Below are positions 39,542 to 49,767 of a stretch of 64,000 bases of DNA, in pieces (positions within the stretch are counted from its first letter, which is position 1; every line of letters starts with the position of its first letter). Under the pieces are notes generated by a model. It ran no database searches, was not told where the DNA came from, and saw only the letters and a program-made list of their open reading frames with translations. The stretch is taken from assembly GCA_964526345.1 (NCBI GenBank), contig CAZGKI010000002.1, forward strand, positions 102,705-166,704, read 5' to 3'. The translations under genes were made by a program, and so were the position numbers. Source of the stretch: an uncultured Rikenellaceae bacterium. Lineage in GTDB: Bacteria; Bacteroidota; Bacteroidia; Bacteroidales; VadinHA17.

Positions 39542-40378
39542 TTAAAGCTTGTTCCTTTTCACTTTTTTACTGACTTCTTCTGCTTTTGATCTGGCAACCG
39601 GTATCTCAGTTTCTGAATGGGAAAGCCGGATCTTCATATTCTGATTGTGACCGGTGACACGTTCCACAAAATCGAGGTTCACAATATAGCATTTATGACA
39701 TCTTAAAAACCGGCTGTTATTACGAAGCTCAAGCTCTGCAGATTTAAGGGTCCCCCGGATTGTGGTTTTGTTAAGTACAACATCTTTAATAGTGACAACT
39801 GTCACATAATTATCATTCGAACAGAGATATACGATGTTTTTAGGATTTAGCTTTACTTCGTTTTTCGGGTTGCCTGCCCTTAATACTATTTCACTTTCCC
39901 ACAAAATTCCTTCAGCAGAAATAGAAGCTTCCTCCAGTTTGGTTCTGTAAATCCTGTTGAAGGTAATTATATAATTAATTGTAACAGGAATGCATCCGAC
40001 AAGGATAGCTGTCCAGATTGAATACAACAAATATTTAAAGATAAAAGCCTGGTGAAATATTATTGTTATGTAAAAGTAATTTGCCACTCCTATACTTGAT
40101 GCAATAAATGTGACCCAGAGAAGACTTTTTCCGAATGTCCAGTTATTTCTGGTTACAAGAGGTTCAAGCAAGTACTTGAAAATAAAAAGCACAAATGTTG
40201 TAACACAGCCAAATCCCAGGGTTATAAAAAAAACGCTGACGGGTATTAACTGTGACAGACCGAACGGTTTAAATAAAAACAGGAACAGGAATATAAACAG
40301 GCCAAAAGCCAGAATTGAGATGAACTTTTGCCTGGTTGGTCCCCCTTCCTTATATGGTCTGTTAAATAAATTATTCAT
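39542..40378 (-). CDS. Membrane-anchored LytTR-domain DNA-binding protein
   Basis: About 4 TM helices are followed by a C-terminal LytTR-like domain (IVYLCSNDNYVTVVT ... FLRCHKCYIVNLDFV). The start is placed at M14 because a TAAATTTG -7 box (40415-40422) overlaps the longer ORF start. Confidence 0.75.
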   Translation of the reverse strand: MNNLFNRPYKEGGPTRQKFISILAFGLFIFLFLFLFKPFGLSQLIPVSVFFITLGFGCVTTFVLFIFKYLLEPLVTRNNWTFGKSLLWVTFIASSIGVANYFYITIIFHQAFIFKYLLYSIWTAILVGCIPVTINYIITFNRIYRTKLEEASISAEGILWESEIVLRAGNPKNEVKLNPKNIVYLCSNDNYVTVVTIKDVVLNKTTIRGTLKSAELELRNNSRFLRCHKCYIVNLDFVERVTGHNQNMKIRLSHSETEIPVARSKAEEVSKKVKRNKL

Positions 40379-40462
40379 TTCATTATACCTGCAGACAAAT
40401 CTAAATATTATTTGCAAATTTAATTAAGAATAATAAATGACCTGATTATGATGCAAATGTAT

Positions 40463-42028
40463 TCAGGTTAACAGTTTTTGTGCAATTGCTTCTGCCGCTC
40501 TTATTCCGTCGACAGCTGATGAGACAATCCCGCCGGCATAGCCTGAACCTTCACCACATGGATATAATCCACCGACACCGATATGCTCCATAGTTTCCTG
40601 GTTACGGGGGATCCTTAACGGTGATGAAGTCCTGGACTCCACTGCCAGCACAACAGCTTCATTTGTAAGAAATCCATTCATTACCGACCCGAACAGTTTG
40701 AATCCTTCCCTGAGCCTTTTGCTTATCGCAGCGGGGAGCCATTCATGTATGGGTGATGAAGTGATGCCCGGGAAATAGGAGACTTTTGGCAGCAAACCCG
40801 ATTGTTTACCAGCTATAAAATCGGCAAGACGTTGTGCCGGGGCTCTTTGGGTTCTTCCCCCGTTAATCCACGCTTTCCTGTCAATATCCTTTTGAAGCTC
40901 CATGCCCGCCATCTCTTCGTATTTTATGTAATCCTTCAGATCATCAGGTGTTATCTCAGTCACTATTCCCGCGTTTGCATACGGTGAGTTTCTTCCCGAA
41001 GGAGACATTCCATTTACCACAACCTCTTCCTGTGAGGTTGCCGATGGAACTATAAATCCACCCGGGCACATGCAGAAGGAATATACTCCGCTGCCATCTA
41101 CTTGTCTGGCAAGATTATATGAAGCTGCAGGCAGGTACAGTCCCCTTTGATTTCCATGATATTGTATCCTGTCGATAAGATCCTGGGGATGCTCCACCCT
41201 CACACCCACGGCAAATGATTTCATCTTAAGGGATATATTCCTTTTATTGCAGATATCGTAAATATCGCGTGCAGAGTGCCCGGTTGCCAGGATGACTTCC
41301 GATGAAAGAAATCTTTCATTCCCTGAAGAAATTACACCCTTTATTCTGTTCCCTTCAATAATTATATCGGTTATCTTTTTTTCAAGAAGAAAGATACCGC
41401 CTGCATCGAGTATCGATTTCCTTATTCCCGAAATTATCCCGGGGAGCTTATCGGTACCAAGGTGAGGGTGAGCTTCATACATGATATTAGTGTTGGCACC
41501 ATGGAAGCATAGCAGCTCAAGGACACGTTTATTGTCGCCTCTTTTCCGGGAACGCGTATAAAGCTTTCCGTCGGAATAAGTACCAGCCCCTCCCTCTCCA
41601 AAACAATAGTTGCTGTCAGGATCTACTATATGCTCCCGGCTTATTCGTGCAATATCTTTTTTCCGTGACGAAACATCTTTTCCTCTCTCAATTATTACCG
41701 GCCGAAGTCCGAGTTCAATCAACCGCAAAGCTGCAAACAATCCTGCGGGTCCAGCTCCCACGATAACAATTTCCCTGCTTTGTGAAACATTTTTGGCACA
41801 GAAAGGATCTATCAGTGGTGTAACGTTTTCATCACCTGTGAAGAATTCAACTGTCAGGTTCACCTTTATATTTTTTTGACGTGCATCGACCGATTTTTTT
41901 ATTATCCTTATCCCTGAAATATTCTCAGCAGGGCAGCGGGCTATTTTGGCAGATGTTAAGAGGATAACATTTTCGTCGGACGAAGCTTCCGGGCTTAAAG
42001 TAAGATTTACCTGTACCGGCATGATCAT
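40463..42028 (-). CDS. FAD-dependent oxidoreductase (COG2509-like)
   Basis: 521-aa ORF with the dinucleotide motif IVIVGAGPAGLFAALRL. The C-terminal part has GLYPCGEGSGYAGGI. Confidence 0.8.
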   Translation of the reverse strand: MIMPVQVNLTLSPEASSDENVILLTSAKIARCPAENISGIRIIKKSVDARQKNIKVNLTVEFFTGDENVTPLIDPFCAKNVSQSREIVIVGAGPAGLFAALRLIELGLRPVIIERGKDVSSRKKDIARISREHIVDPDSNYCFGEGGAGTYSDGKLYTRSRKRGDNKRVLELLCFHGANTNIMYEAHPHLGTDKLPGIISGIRKSILDAGGIFLLEKKITDIIIEGNRIKGVISSGNERFLSSEVILATGHSARDIYDICNKRNISLKMKSFAVGVRVEHPQDLIDRIQYHGNQRGLYLPAASYNLARQVDGSGVYSFCMCPGGFIVPSATSQEEVVVNGMSPSGRNSPYANAGIVTEITPDDLKDYIKYEEMAGMELQKDIDRKAWINGGRTQRAPAQRLADFIAGKQSGLLPKVSYFPGITSSPIHEWLPAAISKRLREGFKLFGSVMNGFLTNEAVVLAVESRTSSPLRIPRNQETMEHIGVGGLYPCGEGSGYAGGIVSSAVDGIRAAEAIAQKLLT

Positions 42029-42768
42029 TCAAAATGAAAGGCAAGAATCCAGATCTGTGATTTCATCTTTTCAATTGAATTTCGGAATATCTCGTGACCG
42101 GGATCGGTATCATTGACGATTATATTCCTAAAACCATTAGACATTTTCAACTCAACCGAAAATTTGAAATAGGTCAGGTAGAAGTCAAGCCCGGCTCCCA
42201 TCTCATAATAAAGATCCGGTCGCTTAATCCTTATCCAGACAGGTCTGTCGGGATCAAACTCCTTCTTCCCGGCAAGATCGTACCTGTAATTTAACCCGGT
42301 GACAAGATATGGCCTGACATTGTTAAGCCTGTCGCCTTTGTATTTAATCAGAAGCGGAAATTCTATAAAAGATGATTCCAGTTTTTGCTGGTCATTATAC
42401 AGTACCTGGTTCTTATAATAGCGGATATTCCTTTGTCCAAATGAAACGCCGGGAAGGAACCTGATATCAAAATATTTCCAGGGATGTAGATTTGTAACAA
42501 TCTGTATGTTGATCCCGGGATTTAATATGCTTACTTCAGGATATACTGAATCTGTTGCAAGGGATGTCTGAGAAGGGGTTATATTGAAATCCATGGTGTT
42601 TAATCCGAGACTGAAACCGAAATGAAGGAGTTTATCATCATACCACGATTTGTTTTTAGGTTTTTGTTTCTGCCCGTATAAGTTACAGTTCACCAGTGTA
42701 ACAGCCAGTATAAATAATATTGTCAGGATTCTCTTTTTCAATCTGCTCAGGTTTGTTAAGGGGCACAA
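42025..42768 (-). CDS. porT: PorT/SprT-like outer-membrane beta-barrel protein (T9SS-associated family)
   Basis: 247-aa ORF with a signal peptide, alternating beta-strand pattern, LLHFGFSLGLN near the N-terminus and a terminal aromatic residue. It sits directly downstream of ubiE, as I recall for PorT in other Bacteroidota. Confidence 0.6.
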   Translation of the reverse strand: MCPLTNLSRLKKRILTILFILAVTLVNCNLYGQKQKPKNKSWYDDKLLHFGFSLGLNTMDFNITPSQTSLATDSVYPEVSILNPGINIQIVTNLHPWKYFDIRFLPGVSFGQRNIRYYKNQVLYNDQQKLESSFIEFPLLIKYKGDRLNNVRPYLVTGLNYRYDLAGKKEFDPDRPVWIRIKRPDLYYEMGAGLDFYLTYFKFSVELKMSNGFRNIIVNDTDPGHEIFRNSIEKMKSQIWILAFHFE

Positions 42769-42793
42769 GATAATAAACTGCCCTGAAAGATAA

Positions 42794-43513
42794 TTATTGC
42801 ATTGATGTTTTAAAACCTGTATAAATGCTAGCCACTCCGCCTGTCACTCTTTTTTGTCTGACACCGCTGAATCCGGCTTTTTCCATCAAATCAATAAATT
42901 GTTCATTATCAGGAAACTGCATGACAGATTCAGGCAAATATGTATAGGCATTACGACTTTTAGAAAAAAGTCTGCCTAATAATGGTAAAATTCTCATGAA
43001 ATAAAAATAGTAGATCTGCCTGAAGGGGAACTTTGAAGGCCTTGAAAACTCGAGGACCATAATCAGGCCTCCATTCCTTAAAACTCTTCGCATTTCTGAA
43101 AGACCCTTCAGCGGGTCAGCAAAATTCCTCACTCCGAATGCAACCATTGCAACATCAAAACTGTTTTCATTGAATGGTATATCTTCTGAATCACCACTGA
43201 GCAATTCAATCCTGTCAGAGTATCCTTTTTTGATAATCTTCTCCCTTCCTTTATCCAGCATCTTCCGAGAGATATCTATTCCAGTAATTTTTACAGGATT
43301 AAGTTTCAATGCGGCAACAGCAAGATCTCCGGTACCGGTCGCGACATCAAGTATTTCAGGATTCTTATGAGTTTCCGATATGATCTTTACAGCTTTCCTC
43401 CTCCAGCACCTGTCTATCCCGAAGGATAAAAAGTGATTGAGAAAGTCGTACCTGAATGCAATGTTGTCGAACATTGAAGTTACTGCTGCTTTTTTATCCT
43501 GCTCAGGTTGCAT
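42794..43513 (-). CDS. ubiE: Demethylmenaquinone/ubiquinone methyltransferase
   Basis: MFDNIAFRYDFLNHFLSFGIDRCWRRKAV plus the SAM motif ILDVATGTGDLA. Confidence 0.9.
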   Translation of the reverse strand: MQPEQDKKAAVTSMFDNIAFRYDFLNHFLSFGIDRCWRRKAVKIISETHKNPEILDVATGTGDLAVAALKLNPVKITGIDISRKMLDKGREKIIKKGYSDRIELLSGDSEDIPFNENSFDVAMVAFGVRNFADPLKGLSEMRRVLRNGGLIMVLEFSRPSKFPFRQIYYFYFMRILPLLGRLFSKSRNAYTYLPESVMQFPDNEQFIDLMEKAGFSGVRQKRVTGGVASIYTGFKTSMQ

Positions 43514-43530
43514 TGATTATTATTAACGGC

Positions 43531-43563
43531 TCAAAGATAAATTTATATAATAATTGATTTCAA
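43531..43563 (-). promoter_or_regulatory. Bacteroidota-type promoter for the ubiE, porT-like, FAD-protein operon
   Basis: The minus strand reads TTG-N21-TATCTTTG. The -7 box ends 17 nt upstream of the ubiE ATG. Confidence 0.5.
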
Positions 43564-43604
43564 TAATATTCCTATTTTTACGTGTTGCTCTATATCTCAT
43601 ACTC

Positions 43605-44384
43605 ATGAACAAAACAATAATGATCACAGGGGCCACAGCGGGATTCGGCTGGGCTACAGCAATAAGATTTGCTGAAAACGGGTACAATATTATTATTACC
43701 GGAAGGAGAAAAGAACGGCTGAAGGAGCTCGAAAACAAATTATCAGAATATAGAATTAAGGTGCTGCCGCTCCATTTTGATGTCAGAAACAGCAAAGAGG
43801 TGGATTCCGTTATCGGGTCTCTTCCGGATGAATGGAAAAATATCGATATCCTTGTCAATAATGCCGGACTGGCAGTCGGCTTTGATCCGATATATGAGGG
43901 GCATATTGATGATTGGGACCGAATGGTAGATACAAATATCAAAGGTTTGCTCTATGTAACAAGGGCAGTAACACCGCTTATGGTTGTCCGCGGGAAAGGT
44001 CACGTCTTCAATATCGGATCAATTGCAGGGAAAGATGCTTATGAGAGCGGAAATGTATATTGTGCAACGAAAGCGGCAGTAGACTCTCTCAACAAATCAA
44101 TGAGGATCGATTTGCTTAAGCATAATATCAGGGTAACTCAAATAGCCCCCGGAATGGCAGAAACAGAATTTGCCATGGTGCGTTTCAAAGGCGATGCTGA
44201 AAAAGCGAAGGCTGTATATAAAGGTATTGATGCACTTACCGCAGAGGATATTGCTGATGTAATTTACTTTTGTGCTAACCTCCCCCAGCATGTATGTATA
44301 AACGATCTTGTTATAACTCCAACACAGCAGGCAAGCGTGTACCATAATTTCAGAAAATTGTTAGCGGGTGACGGGAAGCATTAA
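43605..44384 (+). CDS. Short-chain dehydrogenase/reductase (YdfG-like)
   Basis: TGATAGFG cofactor motif, NNAG, and catalytic YCATKAAV (YxxxK). The start is placed at MNKTIMITG. Confidence 0.85.
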   Translation: MNKTIMITGATAGFGWATAIRFAENGYNIIITGRRKERLKELENKLSEYRIKVLPLHFDVRNSKEVDSVIGSLPDEWKNIDILVNNAGLAVGFDPIYEGHIDDWDRMVDTNIKGLLYVTRAVTPLMVVRGKGHVFNIGSIAGKDAYESGNVYCATKAAVDSLNKSMRIDLLKHNIRVTQIAPGMAETEFAMVRFKGDAEKAKAVYKGIDALTAEDIADVIYFCANLPQHVCINDLVITPTQQASVYHNFRKLLAGDGKH

Positions 44385-44407
44385 ATTAGAATTAAGATAT
44401 TATCCAG

Positions 44408-45478
44408 ATGTATAGCTACAATTACTTATTAAGTTTTACGAAAAGTGTTTTCAGGAAAATGGGATGCAGTGACCATGATTCCGATATTATTGCAGATGTT
44501 TTTCTTTCTGCTGAGCTGCGAGGTCATGCTTCTCACGGAATGATAAGGATTAAAGATTATTTTGAGCTCTGGAAAGCCGGGAGAATAAATGTAAATCCAA
44601 ATGTCAGGATAACTCATGAATCTCCCAGTACTGCTGTTGTGGATGGCGACAGGGCTGTGGGCATGGTTGCTGCCAGGAGATCGATGGAGATTGCCATAGA
44701 AAAGGCACAAAAGTCCGGAACAGGCTGGGTTGCAACCCGTAATTCGAATCATTTCGGAATAGCGGGCTACTATGCTATGATGGCTTTAAAACATGACATG
44801 ACAGGTATAACGCTAACAAATGCCAATCCCCTTGTTGCACCTACTTTTTCGATAAGCAGGATGATGGGAACCAATCCGATTGCTGTTGCAATCCCGGCAT
44901 TAAAACAGCCTTCATTTGTTGCAGATTTTGCAACAACGCCTGTAGCAAGAGGCAAGTTGGCTGTTGCTGAAAAAAAAGAGGAAAAGGTGCCTTTTGGATT
45001 TGTCCAGGACAAAACAGGCAAACCATCGGATGACCCGGCAATACTCAAAGCTGGAGGATCAATGCTCACTCTGGGGGGAGACAGGGTTCACGGAAGTCAT
45101 AAGGGCTATTGCCTGTCGGCCATCGTGGATATTTTCAGTGCTCTTTTCAGCGGCGCCAACTTCGGACCTTTTGTTCCTCCAAGTGTCGCATATCTGCCAC
45201 TGCTTGAAAAGAAAGTTGGTGAAGGTACGGGACATTTTTTCGGTGCCATGAGGATAGACGCCTTCCAGCCGGCAGAAGACTTTAAGAAAAAAATGGATGA
45301 CTGGATCGAAACATTCCGCGCTGCTAAACCAGCTGAAGGTGAGGACCATGTACTTATACCTGGCGATCCTGAAAGAGAAGCTGAGACAAAAATAATGAAA
45401 GAAGGTATCAACCTGGTTCCTGCCATCAGGGAAGACCTTGTAAAAATTTCTGCAGAACTGGGAATTGATTTTAAATAG
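44408..45478 (+). CDS. Ldh_2 family malate/L-lactate/ureidoglycolate-type dehydrogenase
   Basis: 356-aa ORF with RGHASHGMIR and NSNHFGIAGYY, which are characteristic of the Ldh_2 family. Confidence 0.8.
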   Translation: MYSYNYLLSFTKSVFRKMGCSDHDSDIIADVFLSAELRGHASHGMIRIKDYFELWKAGRINVNPNVRITHESPSTAVVDGDRAVGMVAARRSMEIAIEKAQKSGTGWVATRNSNHFGIAGYYAMMALKHDMTGITLTNANPLVAPTFSISRMMGTNPIAVAIPALKQPSFVADFATTPVARGKLAVAEKKEEKVPFGFVQDKTGKPSDDPAILKAGGSMLTLGGDRVHGSHKGYCLSAIVDIFSALFSGANFGPFVPPSVAYLPLLEKKVGEGTGHFFGAMRIDAFQPAEDFKKKMDDWIETFRAAKPAEGEDHVLIPGDPEREAETKIMKEGINLVPAIREDLVKISAELGIDFK

Positions 45479-45565
45479 AACTCATTCCCCCACGGAAGAA
45501 AAGAACTTAAACAGAGGGTTACAATATATGTGGAGATTTAGGCAGAATAATATTCTCAATCATAT

Positions 45566-46315
45566 TTATTGATTCATAAAGTACTGATCCTTAAGCACCT
45601 GTAACAATATTTTAGAAAAGGCAACATTATCTTCCTTTTTATATCTTACATCGGTAAAAACCTGGGCAAGGGTCTCCTTATTGTTCTCCATTACAAACTG
45701 CTGCGAATCTGATCTTCCCTCCTTGTCTTTATAATATCTGTCAATGTCACTATCGGAATAATCATGATAAGTCTCTTTATGGATCACGGCTTCAATGGGC
45801 AACCGGTCGACCTGTTCAGGATTTTCATCAGGCCATCCAAGTGCTATGGTTGTTACAGGTACCACGCCTTTTGGAAGCTTAAGAACCTCTATTATTTTGT
45901 GTGCCATATAAGTCGTTGTTCCGAGATAACAGATGCCAAGACCTCTGGCTTCAGCAGCTATGCATAAGGTCTGGGCAACCAGAAGGGCGTCGATGGCTGC
46001 TGTAACAAACGACAGAAAATTATCATAGCCCGGATCTGCTTTTCTTTGCAGACACCATTTATTAAACCTGTTAAAATCGGCACAAAAAGTCAGAACCACA
46101 GGTGCTTCAGTTACCATTTTCTGATTAAAATGAAGTGGAGCAAGTTCACTTTTTTTCACAGAATCCCTTGTGATAATTATGCTGTAAACCTGCATATTAC
46201 CAGTGGTTGAAGCCCGGCATCCCTTTGCCAGGATGTCATGAAGTATCAGATCGTCAACAGGTTCGGAGGTATATTTGCGGATGGTTTTCCTTGTAAGCAA
46301 CGAATCAGAAATCAT
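45566..46315 (-). CDS. Nitroreductase family protein
   Basis: LTRKTIRKYT N-terminal motif and the general nitroreductase fold pattern. The start is placed at MISDSLL. Confidence 0.8.
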   Translation of the reverse strand: MISDSLLTRKTIRKYTSEPVDDLILHDILAKGCRASTTGNMQVYSIIITRDSVKKSELAPLHFNQKMVTEAPVVLTFCADFNRFNKWCLQRKADPGYDNFLSFVTAAIDALLVAQTLCIAAEARGLGICYLGTTTYMAHKIIEVLKLPKGVVPVTTIALGWPDENPEQVDRLPIEAVIHKETYHDYSDSDIDRYYKDKEGRSDSQQFVMENNKETLAQVFTDVRYKKEDNVAFSKILLQVLKDQYFMNQ

Positions 46316-46435
46316 AGTAACTTTTTTATGTTGCAGAATATAATACAAAGGAAATAATTTCTGCCAAAACATGCAGGATGGTGAATAACTATTTTCTTAT
46401 CTTAGCATGTAGCTAAATCAAAGTAAAAAGAAATC

Positions 46436-49400
46436 ATGATAAAGATAAGAATCCTTATAATTATGATTTTGGGTCTTTGTATCTGTTTTTCGCCTGTTGA
46501 AGGACAGAAGAAAAAAGAAGCTGCCAAAGACACTGAAAAAAAGGAAGACAATACATTATCATCTACATTTGCAGGATTAACTTTCAGAAGTATTGGTCCT
46601 GCATGGGCCTCCGGAAGGATTTCGGATTTTGCAGTTAATCCTGAGGATAAATCCGAAATTTATGTAGCCGTCTCTGCCGGAAACATATGGAAAACAACAA
46701 ATAATGGAACCACCTGGTCGCCCATTTTTGATTCATATGGTGCGTATTCTATCGGATGTCTGAAAATTGATCCCAATAATCCATTTGTGATTTGGGCCGG
46801 CACAGGTGAAAACAATCACCAGCGTCAGCTGGGTTATGGTGATGGCATTTATAAATCTGAAGACGGAGGTGCAAGCTGGAAAAACACTGGATTAAAGGAT
46901 TCCAGGCAGATTGGAATGATTGCTATTGATCCGCGTAATTCCGATGTCGTTTATGTTGCTGCTGAGGGTTCTATCTGGGGCCCTGGCGGAGATCGGGGAC
47001 TATATAAAACTGCAGATGGCGGCAAAACATGGAATAAAATGCTGAATATCAGCGAAAATACAGGGGTTAATAACGTTGTTCTGGATCCGCGCAATCCTGA
47101 TATTCTCTATGCCACCTCAGAACAGCGAAGGAGACATGTCTATACCAAAATAGGCGGTGGACCCGAATCGGCAGTTTATAAATCGAAAGATGCCGGTAAA
47201 ACCTGGGAAAAAATCATGAAAGGCCTTCCATCGGTAGATATCGGAGGAACTGGTCTGGCTATCTCACAGGTAAACCCGGATGTACTTTACCTGATTGTTG
47301 AAGCAGCTGATGACTCCGGCGGTTTTTTCAGGTCAGTCAACAGAGGTGTATCATGGGAAAAAATGAGCTCTCATACCTCCCAGGGACAATACTTTAACGA
47401 GATATTCTGTGACCCGAAAGATGTAGACAAAGTGTATAGTACGGAGACTGTCAGTCAGGTTACATTGGATGGCGGAAAAACCTGGAATGCCGTTGGTAAT
47501 AACCAGAGACATGTAGATGACCATGCAATGTGGATTGACCCTGATAACACAAAACACTTTTATATCGGGGGAGATGGAGGTATTTATGAAACTTTCGATG
47601 AAGGGAAAAATTACATATTTAAATCCAACCTGCCTGTATCTCAGTTTTACAGGGTCAATGTCGATAATGAATTACCATTCTATAATGTTTATGGTGGTAC
47701 GCAGGACAATAACTCAATGGGCGGACCCTCGCGCAATATAAAAAGAGACGGAGTCATTAATGACGATTGGTTCGTAACAATGGGCGGCGATGGATTCTGG
47801 ATTGCAATAGACCCTGAAGATGAAAATATTATTTATACGGAATATCAGTATGGCAATGCTTCGCGATATGATAAACGTAGCGGAGAAGCAGTAGGTATCA
47901 AGCCTATTCCGCCTGAAGGAGAGAAGACTTACCGCTGGTACTGGGACACTCCTCTTATAATAAGTCCTCACCAGCATGAAAGAATTTACATAGCTGCCAA
48001 TATAGTCTTCCGAAGCGACGACCGGGGGAACAGTTGGGAAGTGATTTCCGGTGACCTGACAAGGGATGAAGACCGTAACCAGTTTAAGGTTATGGGTAAA
48101 TACTGGAGTACTGACGCTGTGGCAAAAGATGTTTCAACTTCACTTTGGGGACTTATCGTATCGCTTACCGAATCAAAAGTCCAGAAAGACCTGTTATATG
48201 CCGGAACCGATGATGGGGTAATAGCGGTTACTGAAGATGGAGGAAAGAATTGGACAAGAATTACTTCATTCCCCGGTGTCCCGGAATATACTTATGTCAG
48301 CGATATTTTACCTGATAAATTCAATGCGAATATTGTATATGCTTCATTTAATAATATGCTTCAGGACGATTTCAAACCATATATTCTTAAAAGTAACGAT
48401 AAGGGTAAAACCTGGTCAATGATCACCAATAAACTGCCCGTCAATGGTACAATCCATACCCTTGAACAGGATCCGGTAAATCCAAATCTGCTTTTTGCCG
48501 GATCTGAATTCGGATTCTATGCTTCAGTTGATGGTGGCAATGAATGGATTGAGTTCAAATCAGGTTTACCTACAATAGCAGTTCGCGATATTGTTATACA
48601 GGAAAGAGAAATGGATCTTGTCATTGCTACCTTTGGAAGGGGTTTTTATATCCTCGACGATTATTCTCCGATAAGGAACTTCAAAAAGGAGATACTCGGA
48701 AAAGACGGATATATCTTCCCGGTGAAAAATGCAAAAATGTTTGTACAAACGAGAGGCTTTGGCAACCAGGGATCGACATATTTTAAATCTCCAAACCCGC
48801 CATATGGTGCTGCTATCTCATATTTCATAAAAGATGTGCCCAAAACCGATAAAGCTTTAAGGCAGGAAAAAGAGAAAGCTCTTTTTGAAAAAGGTGAGAA
48901 AATACCTCAACCTTCTTATGAAACCCTTCAGGCAGAAGAAAAAGAGATCAAACCATACCTCATATTTACCATTACCGATGAAAACAATAATGTTATAAGG
49001 CAGATCTATAAAGCAGCCTCAAAAGGAATAAACAGGATTAACTGGGATTTTACATATGCAGGTTTCTATCCTGTGAATACAACTAAATTTAATCCTCTGG
49101 CTTCAGGAAGAGACGGCATCCAGGTTATGCCCGGTATTTACAAAGTTTCTTTGTCAATGTACGCAAAAGGGGAAACAAAAGAGCTGACAGGGCCGGAATC
49201 ATTTGTTTGCAAACCTCTTGACATAGTATCATTCCCCTCAACTGATAACAACGCGAAGCTGGCATGGTTAAAAGAGGCATCAGAATACGCCAGGACTATT
49301 TATGGGACAATGAATTATACCAACGAGCTACTATCTAAAACAAATTCAATAATGCAGGCACTTCAGGAGACACCGGCATCAACACCTGAGATGAAGAAGG

Positions 49401-49714
49401 AAGCAGCTCGCATTACAGATGAACTTGATGCAATAAATTTCAGGTTCAGAGGTCCTGTAGCAAAAGCCAGCAGTGAAGAGATACCTCCCACTGAGGTTCC
49501 TCTCTATGACAGGCTTAATGAGATTGCGATTACCAGTTACAGCATGAGCGGAGATATTACCCGGATAGCCAAAGATCAGCTGGAGACGCTTAAATCAGAA
49601 TTTCCACCAGTTCTTGAAAGGGTTACCAGGGCAGGTGAAGATGTCTTAAAGCTCGATAAACAGCTGGAAGAAATAAAAGCGCCATGGACTCCGGGCAGAA
49701 TACCTAAGTTGTAA
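46436..49714 (+). CDS. Secreted BNR/Asp-box repeat protein (sortilin/VPS10-like double propeller)
   Basis: 1092-aa ORF with a signal peptide and at least 8 Asp-box motifs: SEDGGASW, TADGGKTW, SKDAGKTW, TLDGGKTW, SDDRGNSW, TEDGGKNW, SNDKGKTW, SVDGGNEW. Confidence 0.8.
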   Translation: MIKIRILIIMILGLCICFSPVEGQKKKEAAKDTEKKEDNTLSSTFAGLTFRSIGPAWASGRISDFAVNPEDKSEIYVAVSAGNIWKTTNNGTTWSPIFDSYGAYSIGCLKIDPNNPFVIWAGTGENNHQRQLGYGDGIYKSEDGGASWKNTGLKDSRQIGMIAIDPRNSDVVYVAAEGSIWGPGGDRGLYKTADGGKTWNKMLNISENTGVNNVVLDPRNPDILYATSEQRRRHVYTKIGGGPESAVYKSKDAGKTWEKIMKGLPSVDIGGTGLAISQVNPDVLYLIVEAADDSGGFFRSVNRGVSWEKMSSHTSQGQYFNEIFCDPKDVDKVYSTETVSQVTLDGGKTWNAVGNNQRHVDDHAMWIDPDNTKHFYIGGDGGIYETFDEGKNYIFKSNLPVSQFYRVNVDNELPFYNVYGGTQDNNSMGGPSRNIKRDGVINDDWFVTMGGDGFWIAIDPEDENIIYTEYQYGNASRYDKRSGEAVGIKPIPPEGEKTYRWYWDTPLIISPHQHERIYIAANIVFRSDDRGNSWEVISGDLTRDEDRNQFKVMGKYWSTDAVAKDVSTSLWGLIVSLTESKVQKDLLYAGTDDGVIAVTEDGGKNWTRITSFPGVPEYTYVSDILPDKFNANIVYASFNNMLQDDFKPYILKSNDKGKTWSMITNKLPVNGTIHTLEQDPVNPNLLFAGSEFGFYASVDGGNEWIEFKSGLPTIAVRDIVIQEREMDLVIATFGRGFYILDDYSPIRNFKKEILGKDGYIFPVKNAKMFVQTRGFGNQGSTYFKSPNPPYGAAISYFIKDVPKTDKALRQEKEKALFEKGEKIPQPSYETLQAEEKEIKPYLIFTITDENNNVIRQIYKAASKGINRINWDFTYAGFYPVNTTKFNPLASGRDGIQVMPGIYKVSLSMYAKGETKELTGPESFVCKPLDIVSFPSTDNNAKLAWLKEASEYARTIYGTMNYTNELLSKTNSIMQALQETPASTPEMKKEAARITDELDAINFRFRGPVAKASSEEIPPTEVPLYDRLNEIAITSYSMSGDITRIAKDQLETLKSEFPPVLERVTRAGEDVLKLDKQLEEIKAPWTPGRIPKL

Positions 49715-49767
49715 CAAAAGGAAATTAATAAATGTAGTTTTTATACTTAAAAAATTTAAAAAAGATT

